Source: a virus
Length of the DNA stretch: 64,000 bases
Virus record (IMG/VR): IMGVR_UViG_3300035117_000094
Coordinates: 39,589-103,588 of that record
Strand: one strand, 5' to 3'
The translations under genes and the position numbers were made by a program. Shown here piece after piece: positions 18,627 through 29,100 of the stretch. A model generated the notes under the pieces. It was not told the origin of the DNA and searched no databases. It saw only the letters and a list, made by a program, of their open reading frames with translations. Every line of letters starts with the position of its first letter. Positions within the stretch are counted from its first letter, which is position 1.

Positions 18627-19348
18627 GCGGAGACTACGACGATTACGAGCGGGCGAGTTACCCGATCTCGGCTTTCCTCCCGACGCGCCGGTCCGTGGCC
18701 TGTGACGTCATGGCGGACAGCGATGCCGTGGTCGCTACGGTGTCTTACTCGTACAGGGGCGGTCGCAGCGAGTTTCCGCTAGCGTATACGATGACCGGCT
18801 CCTCCAAGCGCGAGCGCGGCGACGCCTGTGACGCGGAGGTGGGCGAGCTGCTCGCCGTGTCCCGCGCCCTGGCCAAGCTGGCGGCCCGCCTGGAGAAGCG
18901 GGCACAGGGCCGGATGCGGCAGCTAGCCGCCATTAAGCGGCATAAGGCCGAGATCAGGGCGCGTAAGGCGGCCAGCTCGCCTCCCGTGGACACGGCCTCT
19001 GCGACGGCGCTGTTCACCAGCTTTAGCGGGTTCAGCCTGCGGATGCCCGTCATCAGCTTCGGCTTCGTCCCGGTTAAGCCGGAAGAAGAGGCGACCATGG
19101 CGGCCGGGCAGGCTGCGCACGACGCGGCGCTAGCGGGCGGCGATACCGCGTTCGGGGAGAGCGTGACCGCGAAAGGCGGCGGTAAGCCGGCAGGAGGCGA
19201 GTACGCGGCGGAGACGGTGTTCCCGGTTCGCGCCCGGTTCACGGATCGCTATTCCGGGCGGGCGCGCCTGCTGGTGCTGAGCGCGCAGGGGTACGTGACG
19301 ATGTACGACGAGGAGTCGGGCAGCAAGATACGCTCTTACTATGCCTGA
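18623..19348 (+). CDS. DUF1876/Rv2632c-like dsRBD-fold domain protein
   Basis: GSSKRERGDACDAEVGELLAVSRALAKL. Confidence 0.65.
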   Translation: MSGDYDDYERASYPISAFLPTRRSVACDVMADSDAVVATVSYSYRGGRSEFPLAYTMTGSSKRERGDACDAEVGELLAVSRALAKLAARLEKRAQGRMRQLAAIKRHKAEIRARKAASSPPVDTASATALFTSFSGFSLRMPVISFGFVPVKPEEEATMAAGQAAHDAALAGGDTAFGESVTAKGGGKPAGGEYAAETVFPVRARFTDRYSGRARLLVLSAQGYVTMYDEESGSKIRSYYA

Positions 19349-19607
19349 CAAGCATCGTCGCGACGGGATAGCGATCGACCCTGAGAAGGTCCGCTACTTC
19401 CTCAGCCTGCGGGCGCTCAGCCGTAACTCGCTGAGCGCCCGCTCTGGCATCCCGTACCGGGTGCTCACCTTCTACCTGTCCGGGGAGCGACGGCCGAGGG
19501 TGGCTAATTTCCGGAGGCTGTACACCGCCCTCGGCTGTGGTCCCGAGGACTTGCTGAAGGCCCGGCACGGCAGGAAGCACCTCATCGATCATGACGTGAC
19601 GGAGTAG
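19341..19607 (+). CDS. XRE-family HTH transcriptional regulator
   Basis: LSRNSLSARSGIPYRVLTFYLSGERRP...LYTALGCGPEDLL. Confidence 0.85.
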   Translation: MPDKHRRDGIAIDPEKVRYFLSLRALSRNSLSARSGIPYRVLTFYLSGERRPRVANFRRLYTALGCGPEDLLKARHGRKHLIDHDVTE

Positions 19608-19672
19608 CTGTGCCGCGTTACCGCCCGGTAGGCTAGGTAGCGGAGTGGATCCCTACTAGACCTGGGCGTTCG

Positions 19673-20272
19673 GTGGATGCTAGCGCGTGGCTTACCGTTA
19701 TCACGGCTGTCGCCTCAGTGGCGGCCAACTTCGTCGCCTACGTGGCGTGGCGGGATGGCCGCAAGAAGGACGATGGCACGGCGCTGAAGGAGCAGGTCCA
19801 GGGGCAGATCGCTACCGCCCTGGAACCTGCCGCCTTGCTTATCAGCGGGCTTAGCCAGAAGTTCGAGGCCCATCTCGGGCACGAGCCGGTTATCCTGGAC
19901 GCAGCGCTAGCGCGGTCCCTACAGCCCGTGCGCGAGGACATAGCCGTGCTCAAGAGCCAGGTCGAGGTGTTCTGGAAGCAGGTGGGCTTCAACATGGCGA
20001 CGACCCTTCACCAGCCCGACCCGGCGCGCAAGCACGTTGACACGCTGCTTGAGGCGTTCATGGCCATGCTCGACGACGGGCCGCCGATGGGACCGGGGGA
20101 GGTAGAGGAGCTACGGCGCCTGCTCGTGGTCATACGTGACTGGGAGCCGGGGCAGCGGATAGACTTTCCAGTGCGGCAGGGGGAACAGGCCGCAGCCGGC
20201 CTCCTGCTCAGCGTGATGAGTCACGTGATCCCGCCCCGCGAGCTGGTAAACGGAGGTAAGCAGCATGCCTGA
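19673..20272 (+). CDS. N-terminal TM membrane protein (possible lysis accessory)
   Basis: N-terminal hydrophobic helix, coiled-coil-like segment. Confidence 0.65.
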   Translation: MDASAWLTVITAVASVAANFVAYVAWRDGRKKDDGTALKEQVQGQIATALEPAALLISGLSQKFEAHLGHEPVILDAALARSLQPVREDIAVLKSQVEVFWKQVGFNMATTLHQPDPARKHVDTLLEAFMAMLDDGPPMGPGEVEELRRLLVVIRDWEPGQRIDFPVRQGEQAAAGLLLSVMSHVIPPRELVNGGKQHA

Positions 20273-20816
20273 AGACGAGAGCAAGCTAACGGAAGTGCCC
20301 GGGTTCCCGGCGGATCCGGTGATTGCCCTTGCCGTGCGCAAGGCCACCGAGCGCCTGGAGAACGTCATCGGCGGCATGAAGGAGGAGCTGCGGCTGGCCC
20401 AGCGGGCGGCGCGCTGGCGCACGCTCTGGGTATGCCTGCTCGGCCTCGCCTGCACGGGCGTGGCCTTCGTCGCGGTACTCGCGCTTACCACGGCCAGCCA
20501 GGAGCGCGCCACGGCCGGCCAGGCACGCGCCGCAGCACGGCAGGCGCAGGCAATTACCCAGCAGGTAGTCCAGGGGTCGCTGCGATCGTGCCTGGACGGC
20601 AACGCTAATCGCGCGGGCACCGTGCTGGCCATCGACCGGCTGGTCACGCTGCTCGTCAACGGCAGCAAGGACCCGGCCACGCTGAAGGCTGAGCGCACTT
20701 ACGAGGCGTACGTCCTTGCCGTCAACGCGCCCCAGAACTGCTACGCGGTCTACCACGTGAAGCCCCCGGTACCCGGCGTCCCGGCTGGCGCTGCGGGTGC
20801 CAGTGCCCTACCCTGA
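20265..20816 (+). CDS. membrane protein
   Basis: GGAGG SD; central TM helix, paired Cys downstream. Confidence 0.7.
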   Translation: MPEDESKLTEVPGFPADPVIALAVRKATERLENVIGGMKEELRLAQRAARWRTLWVCLLGLACTGVAFVAVLALTTASQERATAGQARAAARQAQAITQQVVQGSLRSCLDGNANRAGTVLAIDRLVTLLVNGSKDPATLKAERTYEAYVLAVNAPQNCYAVYHVKPPVPGVPAGAAGASALP

Positions 20817-20831
20817 GCACAGGAGGTAGTC

Positions 20832-20984
20832 ATGAAGGACGTTAGCGGGCTGAACGGCATGCTCGGGGACGGCGAGGGGCAGTGGCCGCGCATCGGCGAG
20901 GTCGCCCCTGACCCGGTCCCGGAGTGGCCGCTGGTGGACACGGCAGACAGGGGTCCGCAGGATCCCCGGTGGGAGAAGCTGTAG
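20832..20984 (+). CDS. 50-aa protein MKDVSG... (not in ORF track)
   Basis: AGGAGG SD; shares first six residues with 50160-50357. Confidence 0.65.
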   Translation: MKDVSGLNGMLGDGEGQWPRIGEVAPDPVPEWPLVDTADRGPQDPRWEKL

Positions 20985-20990
20985 CAGGCA

Positions 20991-21063
20991 CGGCCGGTAG
21001 CTCAACGGCAGAGCGCCCCGGGAGGAACCGGGGAAGACCTAGGTTCGAGTCCTGGCCGGCCAC
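20991..21063 (+). ncRNA. tRNA-like RNA with non-canonical anticodon loop (GGAGGAAC)
   Basis: Acceptor CGGCCGG/CCGGCCA, D arm GCTC/GAGC, T arm CTAGG-TTCGAGT-CCTGG, no U33. Confidence 0.8.
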
Positions 21064-21138
21064 TGGTAGAATGGGCTTCATGTCAAAGCTGCACGCGCGC
21101 CCGTCACTCCAGTACCGGTACGAGCACTACGACCCCCG

Positions 21139-21163
21139 GGAATAACCGCAGCGTACCTGCGCT
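21139..21163 (+). promoter_or_regulatory. sigmaR/SigH-type promoter (GGAAT-N17-GCT)
   Basis: Directly precedes tRNA-like RNA at 21169. Confidence 0.55.
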
Positions 21164-21168
21164 GCACG

Positions 21169-21242
21169 CGAAGACCGGGCCGGGCGGAACTGGCTGCACC
21201 GGGTCAAGGGGAGTTCGAGCCTCCCTCCCGGGCCGGTCTTCG
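21169..21242 (+). ncRNA. degenerate tRNA-like RNA with long terminal stem and T-arm, no D arm
   Basis: CGAAGACCGG/CCGGTCTTCG stem; GGGAG-TTCGAGC-CTCCC. Confidence 0.55.
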
Positions 21243-21272
21243 TGCCAGCAGGTACCGGGGCAGCGAGGCCGG

Positions 21273-21298
21273 GGAATAAGCGCAACGTGCCTTGCGTT
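21273..21298 (+). promoter_or_regulatory. sigmaR/SigH-type promoter GGAAT-N18-GTT
   Basis: Directly precedes tRNA-like RNA at 21308. Confidence 0.75.
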
Positions 21299-21307
21299 AC
21301 ACGTGAA

Positions 21308-21412
21308 GACCGGGCCGGTAGCTCAGCGGATCAGAGCAGCAGTGGCCACTGTGGCGATTCGTCGTCATGACAAGAGAGCAGGACGCGGGTTCGAGTCCCG
21401 CCCGGCCCGGTC
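21308..21412 (+). ncRNA. tRNA-like RNA with 11-bp extended acceptor stem and rebuilt anticodon region
   Basis: GACCGGGCCGG/CCGGCCCGGTC; TA-GCTC..GAGC; GCGGG-TTCGAGT-CCCGC. Confidence 0.8.
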
Positions 21413-23185
21413 CTAAGCGAACTTCCCTGGATACAGCATGCTTATGATGGACGCCAAGTCTGTTCTCGCGCTCTGGTAGGGCGTGATGGTGGCCGTCTGG
21501 GAGTTGTCGCTGAACTCGTACTCCCCTATTACGAACGAGATGGGGGCGAAGCCGACCTCGCCGCCGAAGGCGTAGTTGATGCCCAGCACGTCAGTGGTAT
21601 GGCCGCCCCAGTTGCAGCCGAGGTCCACGGGCACGCCGCCGTCGCTGACGAGCTGCCCCGGCTGGACGGTGAACGGCGCCGAGAAGTTAGCCCTGATGTA
21701 CTTGTTCAGGATGTTCTTCGCCACTGCCTGCGCGCCGCCCCGGGAGTAGACGCCGCCGTTGCTTATGTCGATGAAGTACTCCATGCGCCCGTGAAGCGCC
21801 ACGGACCCCGGCACGTCGGCGAAGGTGGTCCTGTAGGTAGCGGCCACGGCCTTCTTCGTGGCGGTGGCCACCACGTCAGGGGTTGCCTGGTAGTAGACGA
21901 CTATCGTGTTGTAGTCGCCTACGATCGAGCGCTGGACCGGGTTAGTGTTGATGATGTGGAGCTGGGGCGGCACGCGCGGCTCCACTGCCAGCCGGTCCAC
22001 GCGCTTCCACTTGTGCCCGACGAGTACCCGGGTCTCCAGCTTCTGCACCGGCCCGGCCTGGAGCGGGTTGCCGGAGAAGTCCTGCGGGAGCGCGACGATC
22101 TTCAGCTCCCACGGGCCGGGCGGGAACGAGCTTGCCGAAGCCGGGGGGACCAGCTCCCAGGTCAGGGAGCCGCCCGTGCACAGCAGGTTAAGGAAGTCCG
22201 TGACGGTCAGCGATCCCGGGTTCTGCACGGGGCCGAGGTAGATGCCGGGCGGGCTGCCGATGCCCCTGTTCACCCAGCGCAGGCCCCGGGCGATGGCGAG
22301 GTCCACGGGCGCGTCGGCGGTCCAGCCCGACGACCCCTTAGTCGGCCCTGCCCCCGGCTGCCACCAGGCCGCGAAGTTAGTGCCGTACGTGCCGACGCCG
22401 TTGGCGGTGAGCGTCCAGCCCGTCGAGGCGGGCACAGGCTCGGTGAGGATGCCCTCCCAGATGCACGAGCCGCCCTTGTGCACGGTAACGACCCGGCCGG
22501 GGTTCATGGCGTCCGTGCGGAAGTTCGGCTCAACCTGGAGCGTGGCGGTGAGCTGGTCCGGGCCGCCTGGCAGCGAGTACGTGTAGTTGAGGTCGGCGAC
22601 GTGCCCTATGCGCCCCAGCCAGCGCGGGCTGTACGGCTGCGGGACGGTGATGATACCGGACTGCCCCGCCGATATCAGCTCGCCGTGCGCCGGCGGCGGC
22701 GCGAAGTACACCTCCCAGGACGCGGGGGACTCCTGCTGCACGGCGATCACGGTGCAGAGCTGCGGGTCCTGGAGGAGGTACGGCGCCGGCTGGCCGGCCG
22801 TCTCGCGCGTGATCGTGAACGGGTAGACCGAGAACAGGTCGGGAGCCTCGTTCAGCCCCTGGTAAGCGGGGGCGCCCGGCTCTACGTTATCCCCGGCGAA
22901 GACGGGCGGGTTCGGGAACGCGGAGTACGTGCTCGCGGGGTTGACCTTCCAGAGCTGGAACTTCTCCCCGGCCGACACGGGCGGCGTGTGCTGCCCCTCG
23001 ACGGACGCCCACTGGCTGGTGCTGACCGTGTACCAGCCGTAGCGCGTGCCGTCCGGCCCCGTGCCCGCCCCGGCGCTTGCCGGGAGGTCGGTAGTGGAGC
23101 CTGCCTCCACGACGGGGAAGGCGCGCTGGGGCAGCGGCGGCGCCCACGTGACTACCTGGCCCGCGTTCCCCTTCTCGAATGCCAT
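21413..23185 (-). CDS. minor tail protein (baseplate hub/Tal-like)
   Basis: Distal tail module; YSLPGGPDQL, IWEGILTEP. Confidence 0.65.
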   Translation of the reverse strand: MAFEKGNAGQVVTWAPPLPQRAFPVVEAGSTTDLPASAGAGTGPDGTRYGWYTVSTSQWASVEGQHTPPVSAGEKFQLWKVNPASTYSAFPNPPVFAGDNVEPGAPAYQGLNEAPDLFSVYPFTITRETAGQPAPYLLQDPQLCTVIAVQQESPASWEVYFAPPPAHGELISAGQSGIITVPQPYSPRWLGRIGHVADLNYTYSLPGGPDQLTATLQVEPNFRTDAMNPGRVVTVHKGGSCIWEGILTEPVPASTGWTLTANGVGTYGTNFAAWWQPGAGPTKGSSGWTADAPVDLAIARGLRWVNRGIGSPPGIYLGPVQNPGSLTVTDFLNLLCTGGSLTWELVPPASASSFPPGPWELKIVALPQDFSGNPLQAGPVQKLETRVLVGHKWKRVDRLAVEPRVPPQLHIINTNPVQRSIVGDYNTIVVYYQATPDVVATATKKAVAATYRTTFADVPGSVALHGRMEYFIDISNGGVYSRGGAQAVAKNILNKYIRANFSAPFTVQPGQLVSDGGVPVDLGCNWGGHTTDVLGINYAFGGEVGFAPISFVIGEYEFSDNSQTATITPYQSARTDLASIISMLYPGKFA

Positions 23186-23193
23186 GACGACTC

Positions 23194-26142
23194 CTAGGTG
23201 AGGTTCAGCGGGATGTCAGCGTCAAACACCACGGCTCCCGTGCCAGTGGTCGCGTTGATGATGCTGATGTTGCCCGAGGTGTCGATCCGGCCGAACGCCG
23301 CCTGAGTGTAGCCCGTGCTCGTGTGGAAGGTCACGCCGAAGTCCACGCCGGTTGCCGACGTAGGCCAGTAGTTGCTGTCCGGCAGCGTGTAGAAGGTGGT
23401 GCCCGTCATGGCGCCCGAGCTGATGATGCCCCTGACGATCAGGTGGTTGCCCTCGGCGTTCATCCGGTACTGGAACGCGGGAGACTGCTGCGTCCAGCCG
23501 TTGAGGAGGCTGACGGGCTTGTGCCAGGTTTCCGGCTTGGCCGGGGTGGCGCCCGGCTGGAACGGCGTGATGGTGCCCGTGAAGCCCTGCGCGAACTTGT
23601 TCCCGCCCGGGTCCGTCACCGCGAACGCCTCGACGGCGGCCACGGCGACGCCGGCCGGGTTCACGTAGGTGACGTACAGGCCGCCGGGGGCACCGGGGGC
23701 AGCGTAGTCCGGCGGCGGGCTGCCCGCCGCGAGCGCGGAGTACGTGAGCGTCAGGAACGGGGCGACGGAGCTGCCGTCTGGCGCGGCGGACCCCGGCCCG
23801 TAGACCTCGCAGTTGAACGCCTGGGCCGTGGGCTGGCCGTACGCCTCGAAGGTAGGGGACGCCCCCGGCCCGAGGATGATGGCCCCGGCGCGGTCCGGGT
23901 AGTTCAGCCCGATGAGGGAGTCGTAGAAGCCCGTCTGGGTAAGGTCCATGGTCGCCGAGGCCGCCCCGGCCGGGATCACGAGCTGCCCGAGGCTCTGCTG
24001 GATGGTGCTGCCCGTGTAGCTGCCGGGCAGGACCGTGTCGAAGGAGTAGCTGACTTCGAGGATCACGGGGGCGGGATTCAGCGGGTTGGCGTTGAACACC
24101 GTCAGCGATACCTGCGTCACGTAATTGCTGACGTCGAAGAAGGTGAGGCTAGGGTCCGGGGTGAAGCCCAGCAGCGTGTACAGCGACGGGTCCAGCACGA
24201 GCATGCTGTTCTTCGCGCCGGTAGCGTAGTCGTTCGGCCCGGCGCCCGTGAACAGCAGCGAGTTAGTGCCCTGCTGGCCCGGGTTGTAGAGCGCCCCGGA
24301 GGCCGTGCCCCCGTTCGCGTCGGTGCCGTTGTAAGACGCCGCGCTGGTGAACCCGAACGTGGCCGCGCCGCCCGCCCCGGGGCTGGGAGTGCTGCCGCAG
24401 CCGCCGCCTCCGCCTGCCGTCGCGGCGAAGCTGGTGGCATTGTCCGTGGCGCTGTTAGAGCCTGCGGCGCCCGCGCTGCCGCCCGTAGTCCACTGCGCGA
24501 TGCTCGCCCCCACGGCGTGAGGCGTGCCCCCCGCGCCGCCCGTGGCCCCGCTGGAGGACGCGCCGTTGCCGCCGGCCCCGCCCGAGCCGCCGCTCGCCCC
24601 GCCGCCCGCCCCGCCCTGCGCGGGAACCGCGCCGAACGCCTCCGCGACGCCCGTGGCGTTCAGCGCGTCAGTGCCGAACCAGACATTGGACAGGTAGCCG
24701 AAGTAGCCGGCGACGTGCGGGCCGTCCGGGCTGGCGCCGATGGCGACGTCGTGGCCGGAGGCCGGGATCACGCTGATGCTCGCGCTGCCCGAGGCGACGA
24801 GGGAGCCGTTGATGTACAGGGCCATGGCCCCGGCGTGGAAGGTGGCCACGACGTGGTTCCACGCGCCCGCGTTCAGGAGGCCCTGAGCGGAGGTGACGTG
24901 GCTGTTGGAGGCGTCGCCCACCTTGAACTCGGCTACCCAGGACGGGGCGCTGGCGGTGCCCTTGTTGATCAGGCCGAGGGCGAAGCCCGTGATGTTCCCG
25001 CTGCCAGAGTAAGCTTTGCCCCGGGCGTTAGCGGCGATCGTCCCCCACGAGCCGGGGGCCGTGTCGCTGAACACGCCGCCCGCCTGAGGGCTTTGCGCGA
25101 TCCACGCCGAGATAGTGCACGCCCCGACGTTAGCCAGCCCGATGGGGGGCAGCGTTATCACCGCCGTGGTAGTGGTGAGCGACGCCACGGGGATCGTGCC
25201 GTTGTCGCCCTTGGCCGTGGCGTTGGTGACCGCGCTTCCGGCAGCCGAGGTGAACGTGGGCACCTGCACGGGCGCCGGGTTACTGCGAGTGTAGAAGGAC
25301 CCGCTGCCCGCCAGGTAGTCGATGGCGGCGTCTAGGCCGGACCCGGAGAAGTCGCTGAGGACGGTATTGCCCGAGTTGAGGGGGATAACGTCGCACATCA
25401 TGTACTGGGCCGCCGGCTGGAAGGTGGCGGCCCCGTTAGCCCACAGGGCGGGGTTGCTGCTGAGGGCGGCCGGGTCGTCGGAACCGATCCCGGACACGAC
25501 GGTCCCCCCGTTGCCGCCGTTGCAGTGCACGGTGTTGGCGCTGCCGGTACCGCCCCGGCCGCCCTCGCCCGTGGCGACCGCGTCGCCGGCTATCCCGCCG
25601 TGGGCGGTGACGCCGCCGGGAAGGCCGACTCCGAGAAGGTCGAAGATGGTAGGGCCGGCGCTGACCCCGGGCGTTACGGCCCCGGCTACGGCGCTGCCCC
25701 CGGAGCTGACGTCGCTGACTACCCAGACGTAGGACTTGCCCGGCTTCACGGCGTAGGAAGGCTCCGCAGCGTACTCGCCGGCGCCGCCGCCCCCGCCGCC
25801 CGTCGTCGTGCTGCCGCCCCCGCCGCCCGCGCCGCCGCCGAAGCACTCTACCTGGACCTGGTAGTCCGACCCGTCGCCGTTGGCGTCAGGGGCCACCCAC
25901 ACGCCCAGCAGCGGGAACGCGGGCACCGACTGGTTGTCCCCGGTGCCGCCGAGCAGGACGTTTCCTGTCCCGGACACGTTCGTGCCCCAGGTCACGGCGG
26001 TTGGCAGCGGCTGGTAGGCGGTGACGGGCGACAGGCTGGTGGTCAGCGTGGGCACGAGGGCCTGGACCCTTGCCGCGAGGGACTGCGCCATCGCGAGGGC
26101 CGTGGTCCTGGTCAGCCGGGGGCTGGGTGCTGAGCTTGCCAT
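23194..26142 (-). CDS. Gly-rich tail fibre/receptor-binding protein with LamG (ConA-like) domain
   Basis: TISAW...WNHVVATF...LYING; GGGGGAGEYAAEP repeats. Confidence 0.75.
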   Translation of the reverse strand: MASSAPSPRLTRTTALAMAQSLAARVQALVPTLTTSLSPVTAYQPLPTAVTWGTNVSGTGNVLLGGTGDNQSVPAFPLLGVWVAPDANGDGSDYQVQVECFGGGAGGGGGSTTTGGGGGGAGEYAAEPSYAVKPGKSYVWVVSDVSSGGSAVAGAVTPGVSAGPTIFDLLGVGLPGGVTAHGGIAGDAVATGEGGRGGTGSANTVHCNGGNGGTVVSGIGSDDPAALSSNPALWANGAATFQPAAQYMMCDVIPLNSGNTVLSDFSGSGLDAAIDYLAGSGSFYTRSNPAPVQVPTFTSAAGSAVTNATAKGDNGTIPVASLTTTTAVITLPPIGLANVGACTISAWIAQSPQAGGVFSDTAPGSWGTIAANARGKAYSGSGNITGFALGLINKGTASAPSWVAEFKVGDASNSHVTSAQGLLNAGAWNHVVATFHAGAMALYINGSLVASGSASISVIPASGHDVAIGASPDGPHVAGYFGYLSNVWFGTDALNATGVAEAFGAVPAQGGAGGGASGGSGGAGGNGASSSGATGGAGGTPHAVGASIAQWTTGGSAGAAGSNSATDNATSFAATAGGGGGCGSTPSPGAGGAATFGFTSAASYNGTDANGGTASGALYNPGQQGTNSLLFTGAGPNDYATGAKNSMLVLDPSLYTLLGFTPDPSLTFFDVSNYVTQVSLTVFNANPLNPAPVILEVSYSFDTVLPGSYTGSTIQQSLGQLVIPAGAASATMDLTQTGFYDSLIGLNYPDRAGAIILGPGASPTFEAYGQPTAQAFNCEVYGPGSAAPDGSSVAPFLTLTYSALAAGSPPPDYAAPGAPGGLYVTYVNPAGVAVAAVEAFAVTDPGGNKFAQGFTGTITPFQPGATPAKPETWHKPVSLLNGWTQQSPAFQYRMNAEGNHLIVRGIISSGAMTGTTFYTLPDSNYWPTSATGVDFGVTFHTSTGYTQAAFGRIDTSGNISIINATTGTGAVVFDADIPLNLT

Positions 26143-29100
26143 TTACTGTGTCCTGTCCAGGTACCACCTGGGCGCGTAGCGCACCCCTATGTTGGGCGCT
26201 CCGGCCGGGGAGTAGGCCAGCAGGAGGTTGTCCCCTGGCATGATGTAGAGGGGGCCGCCTGACGGCATCGCGTACTCCAGCACGCTCACCTGGCGCTGCC
26301 GCCCGCCCGTGGTCGCCCCGACGAAGCCCATGGCACGGTCGGCGGGAGGCTCGTCAACGTAGTAGCTGACGTACTGGCCGTAGCCGGGCGTGCCGGGGGC
26401 GATGTTGATCAGGACCGTCTGGCCCCGGGTGTCGAGGAACAGCACGTCCTGGAACGAGTCGCCCTGGTCAGAGTCAGAAATCGAAACCGTGAAGTAGGAC
26501 TGGTCGTTGTGCGCGGCGTAGTCCTTCAGCGGCAGGGTCACCTCGCCGAGGTTGACGATGCCGTTGACCACGTCGATCGCGGGGGTGACTGCCCGGCTGG
26601 CCTGCACGGAGTAGCGAGGGCCGCCCGGGTACTCGTACTGGTTGATGCTCACGGTCAGCGTCCGCACGCTGCCTGCGGTGGCCGCGTTCCAGGCGTAGGC
26701 GGCGGCCAGCACCGTGTACGTGCCGTCGAACTCCGCGTTCAGGTAGGGAACCTGCGACGGGACGGCTATCGTGTACTCGGTGTTGTTCGGGATGTCGGTC
26801 ACGGGGATCGGCACCAGCGGCGAGAAGTTCGGCGGTGCCGTCTCGCCCGGCCGGTGCAGGATGAGCGTGTTGAACGGCGTGAGCGGCGGCTGCCACGTGA
26901 TGCGGATAAGCCCCTGGCCGCCCGCCCCGCCGTTGAACGTGCTCGTGCTGAACACCGACGAGTAGGCACCGCCGCCCCCGCCGCCTGGCAGGGCGCCGTT
27001 GCCGCCCGGGGCGCTGGCTGCCTGCGCCCCGTTGCCGCCGTGCGCGCCGCCGGCGTAACCGGGAGCGCCGAGGCTGCTCATCGCGGGGTAGCCCGTGCCG
27101 CTCGCCCCGCCCGCCGCGCCGCCTCCGTTGCCGAGCGGGGCCTGGGTGAAGCCGACCATCGACAGCGCCCAGTTAACGGCGGACGGGTACGCGCCCGTTA
27201 CCGACAGCGCCTGGTTGTCCGTGCCCTGGGCGAGGAACAGGTCCGTGGACAGGTTCGCCTGGGCGTTGTCGAAGTCCACGTAGTTCCACGGCGCCCCGGG
27301 CCGGCTGCCCGCAGGGGTGAGGTGGACGCCCGCGCTTGGCAGGAAGTTCGAGGCCATGGCCATGATCTGGTCGTTAGCCGCGAAAGGCTGGTAGCTTCCC
27401 GAGACAGCGGTGCCGGTGCCGGTTACCGAGGTGACGAGCGCGCTGTCCAGCCCGGTGGCGTTCGGCAGCCAGTAAACGTCGTACATGTACTGCGGGCTGG
27501 CCGACGCGCCTCCCCAGTGCACCGTGCCGTTCGACCCCTGCGGCAGGGCCGCCGTCACGGGCGCGGTGAAGATCCACTGGTGCGCGTTGAACCCGGCCGT
27601 CTGGACGTTAGAGCGCTGGGCGTAGGCGTTCCCGGACACGTCCACTATCCCGGTCGGCGCCGCGCTCAGGGAGATGCCCATCACGGCGATCGTCCCGTTA
27701 GCCGAGATGGCGCCGCCGTTGGCCCAGTTCGTCGAGGCCCCGGGGGTGGTGCCGTTAACGCGGGCCAGCTTGACGGCGGTCGCGTCCTGCGCGGCGGCCA
27801 CGAGCGGGACGCACAGCAGTGACCAGTTCGAGGACGCGGACATCCCGCAGGAGAACGCGTCGCCGGCTGCCCCCTGGAGCGCCGTGCCGCCCCCCTGGTT
27901 AAGGGCGACGAATGCCTGGATGATCCCGGCGGAGTCCGTCGCGCTGCTGGTGGCGTTCGGGGCGAACCACATCGTGTTGTTGTTCGACGGCTGGCCGCCG
28001 GACGGCGTGGCCCCGGCGTCGTTCGACATGACGATCAGCTCGTACTGCATGCTCTGCTGGTCGCCGGCGCCGAAGGTGCCCGTGATGGTGCTGCCCGTGC
28101 CGGCGTTCGACGACTGGTTGGGCGCGCTCACGCCCGTGGACAGGGTCGGCGAGGTGTACCAGAGGTAGCCGTACGCCTGCGCCGTGCCGGACGTTATCGT
28201 GATCGTCGTGGCGGTGGTGACGGGGTTCGCTATGTTCGCGGTGAAAGCGTACGTGGTGATGCCGTTGTGCGCTGACCCGCCGGCTTGCTGGGCCGCTAGC
28301 GTGTACAGGTTCCCGGACGTGTCAGTCACGGTCAGGTCACTGACGGCGGCCCTCGACCGCACGAGCACCACCGATACGCCCTGGGCGCAGGAGGCCGCAG
28401 CCGTGCTGCTCGTGCCGCTGGCCGTGACGTAAGTGCCGCTGCCGCCGAGCTGGAAGGCGAAGGCCGTGCTCGTCCGGGCGGTGAACGGCGAGGTGTACCA
28501 GGAACCCTGCGGCCCGGAGGTGTACAGGCCGCCGATGCCTCCCGGGCTGTGCACCGTGTTGGAGCTGCCGGCGCCGCCCGTGGTAGCGGCCTCGCTGTTA
28601 GCGGCGGCCGAGGCCCCGCCGTGCGCCGTGACGGTCGTGCCCGTGGTCCCGGCTGAGCCGAAGGAGGTAGTCCCCCCGTTGACGGCTGCGCCGTTGCTCA
28701 CGGAGTAGCTGAGCTGGACCTCGCCGTCAGCTCCGTCAGCGCCGAGGTAGTTGCCGTCAGGAACGAGCGGGCCGCCCGCCGGCTGGATCGTCCGGAAGAT
28801 CACGGGGCCGGAGTAGCCTCCGCCGCCGCCGCCGCCCGGCGCCAGCCCCCTGGCCGGGAAGCCCGGTGCCGGCGACCCGTTGCCGCCGTTGCCGCCTGAG
28901 CTGTTGCCCTCAGGTGACCCGGTGCCGCCCGTGCCGCCGCCGGCCAGCCGGCCGAACGCCGACGTGGCGGGCGAGTCGCCGCCGTTGCCGCCGGCCCCGG
29001 CGTTACCGCCTGCCCCGCCGCCGCCGCCGCCGCCCGTTCCCGGGGACGCGCCGCCGTTGCCGCCGTTGTGGTGAACCGGGGCGGTCGAGCCGGAGCCGCC

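Noticed and set aside
20991-21412. Canonical tRNA gene calls
   Set aside because: No 7-nt anticodon loop with U33 can be drawn, and no clear intron boundaries
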